A stretch of DNA of 64,000 nucleotides, taken from positions 11,064,550 through 11,128,549 of the forward strand of contig NC_090404.1 in assembly GCF_036365525.1 (NCBI RefSeq). Reading direction: 5' to 3'. The notes beneath the pieces were generated by a model. That model saw only the letters and a program-made list of their open reading frames with translations, was not told the DNA's origin and did no database searches. Position numbers and translations under genes: made by a program. Every line of letters starts with the position of its first letter. Within the stretch, counting starts at the first letter, position 1. Positions 63,422 to 64,000 of this stretch are shown here, piece by piece. The DNA is from Heterodontus francisci (Eukaryota).

Positions 63422-64000
63422 CCAACTTTCTCTTTTCAAGAGATAAGAGCGTCTGCCCGTTCAATCTTTCCAGATAGGTGTGAATTGCTGTTGATGTCTT
63501 TTCTCAGGTGTATTAGAAATCCAAAGTTGAGGAAAAAGTCTGGAATTCAATCGCAGCCCGTCCCTCCAGTAAATCTCACTTCCCGGCTTTGGATTTTATT
63601 TGAACAGCCCTGAGATCAGTGTCTCCAGAATCCCACCTGGCCGGTGAAGTCCAGTAGGTCTCCCTTTCGGTGAATTATTTCTTACTGGTTGTAAATGGAC
63701 TTTCTTCCTGTCTGCACTCGTTCCCTCGGCTGTTCCTGTGCCCCTTTTGTAAGAACATTCGTACCTCGCCCTGACTTGTTCACTGCCACGTGTTAATTCA
63801 ATTAACAGTAACCAAGGATGCAGATGAATTCCTGCAAACCTATCTCATACATGAACAACATGTATTACATAAACTATCACAGATGTACAGCAGAACCAGG
63901 CCATTCGGCCTAACTGGTTCAGGCCGGTGTTTATGCTCCACACGAGCCACCTTACACGCTACTATATCTCACACAGTCAAGATGTCATTCCATTGTTTTC

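Overview
Eukaryotic, repeat-rich DNA, almost certainly from an elasmobranch (shark/ray): HE1-type V-SINEs, Deu-domain SINEs, abundant CR1 LINEs, Penelope elements and a NAR-TCR-type supporting V-delta. Left half (1-33 kb): a decaying C2H2 zinc-finger cluster, a small tRNA-Ser repeat cluster and nested retroelements. Right half (33-64 kb): what looks like the edge of a T-cell receptor alpha/delta V array. It holds two intact plus-strand V segments (leader + V + 22/23-RSS) and an inverted, leaderless V with a CDR1 cysteine and a perfect 23-RSS. Between them on the minus strand lies the most interesting feature: a TCR-delta/alpha-like constant gene (C1 exon, Cys-bearing connecting-peptide exon, TCR-type TM exon). 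No D/J segment could be found for it, and a signal-peptide-like exon sits only 93 nt upstream of the C1 exon. This leader-C1-CP-TM layout, and several motifs, resemble pre-TCR-alpha. The copy carries apparent lesions, so it may be a pseudogene or partly mis-assembled. Second highlight: an intact Tx1-clade retrotransposon that inserts site-specifically into a 69-bp satellite. An RPL19 mRNA 3' end has also been retroposed into the same site. All assignments are by eye, without database searches.
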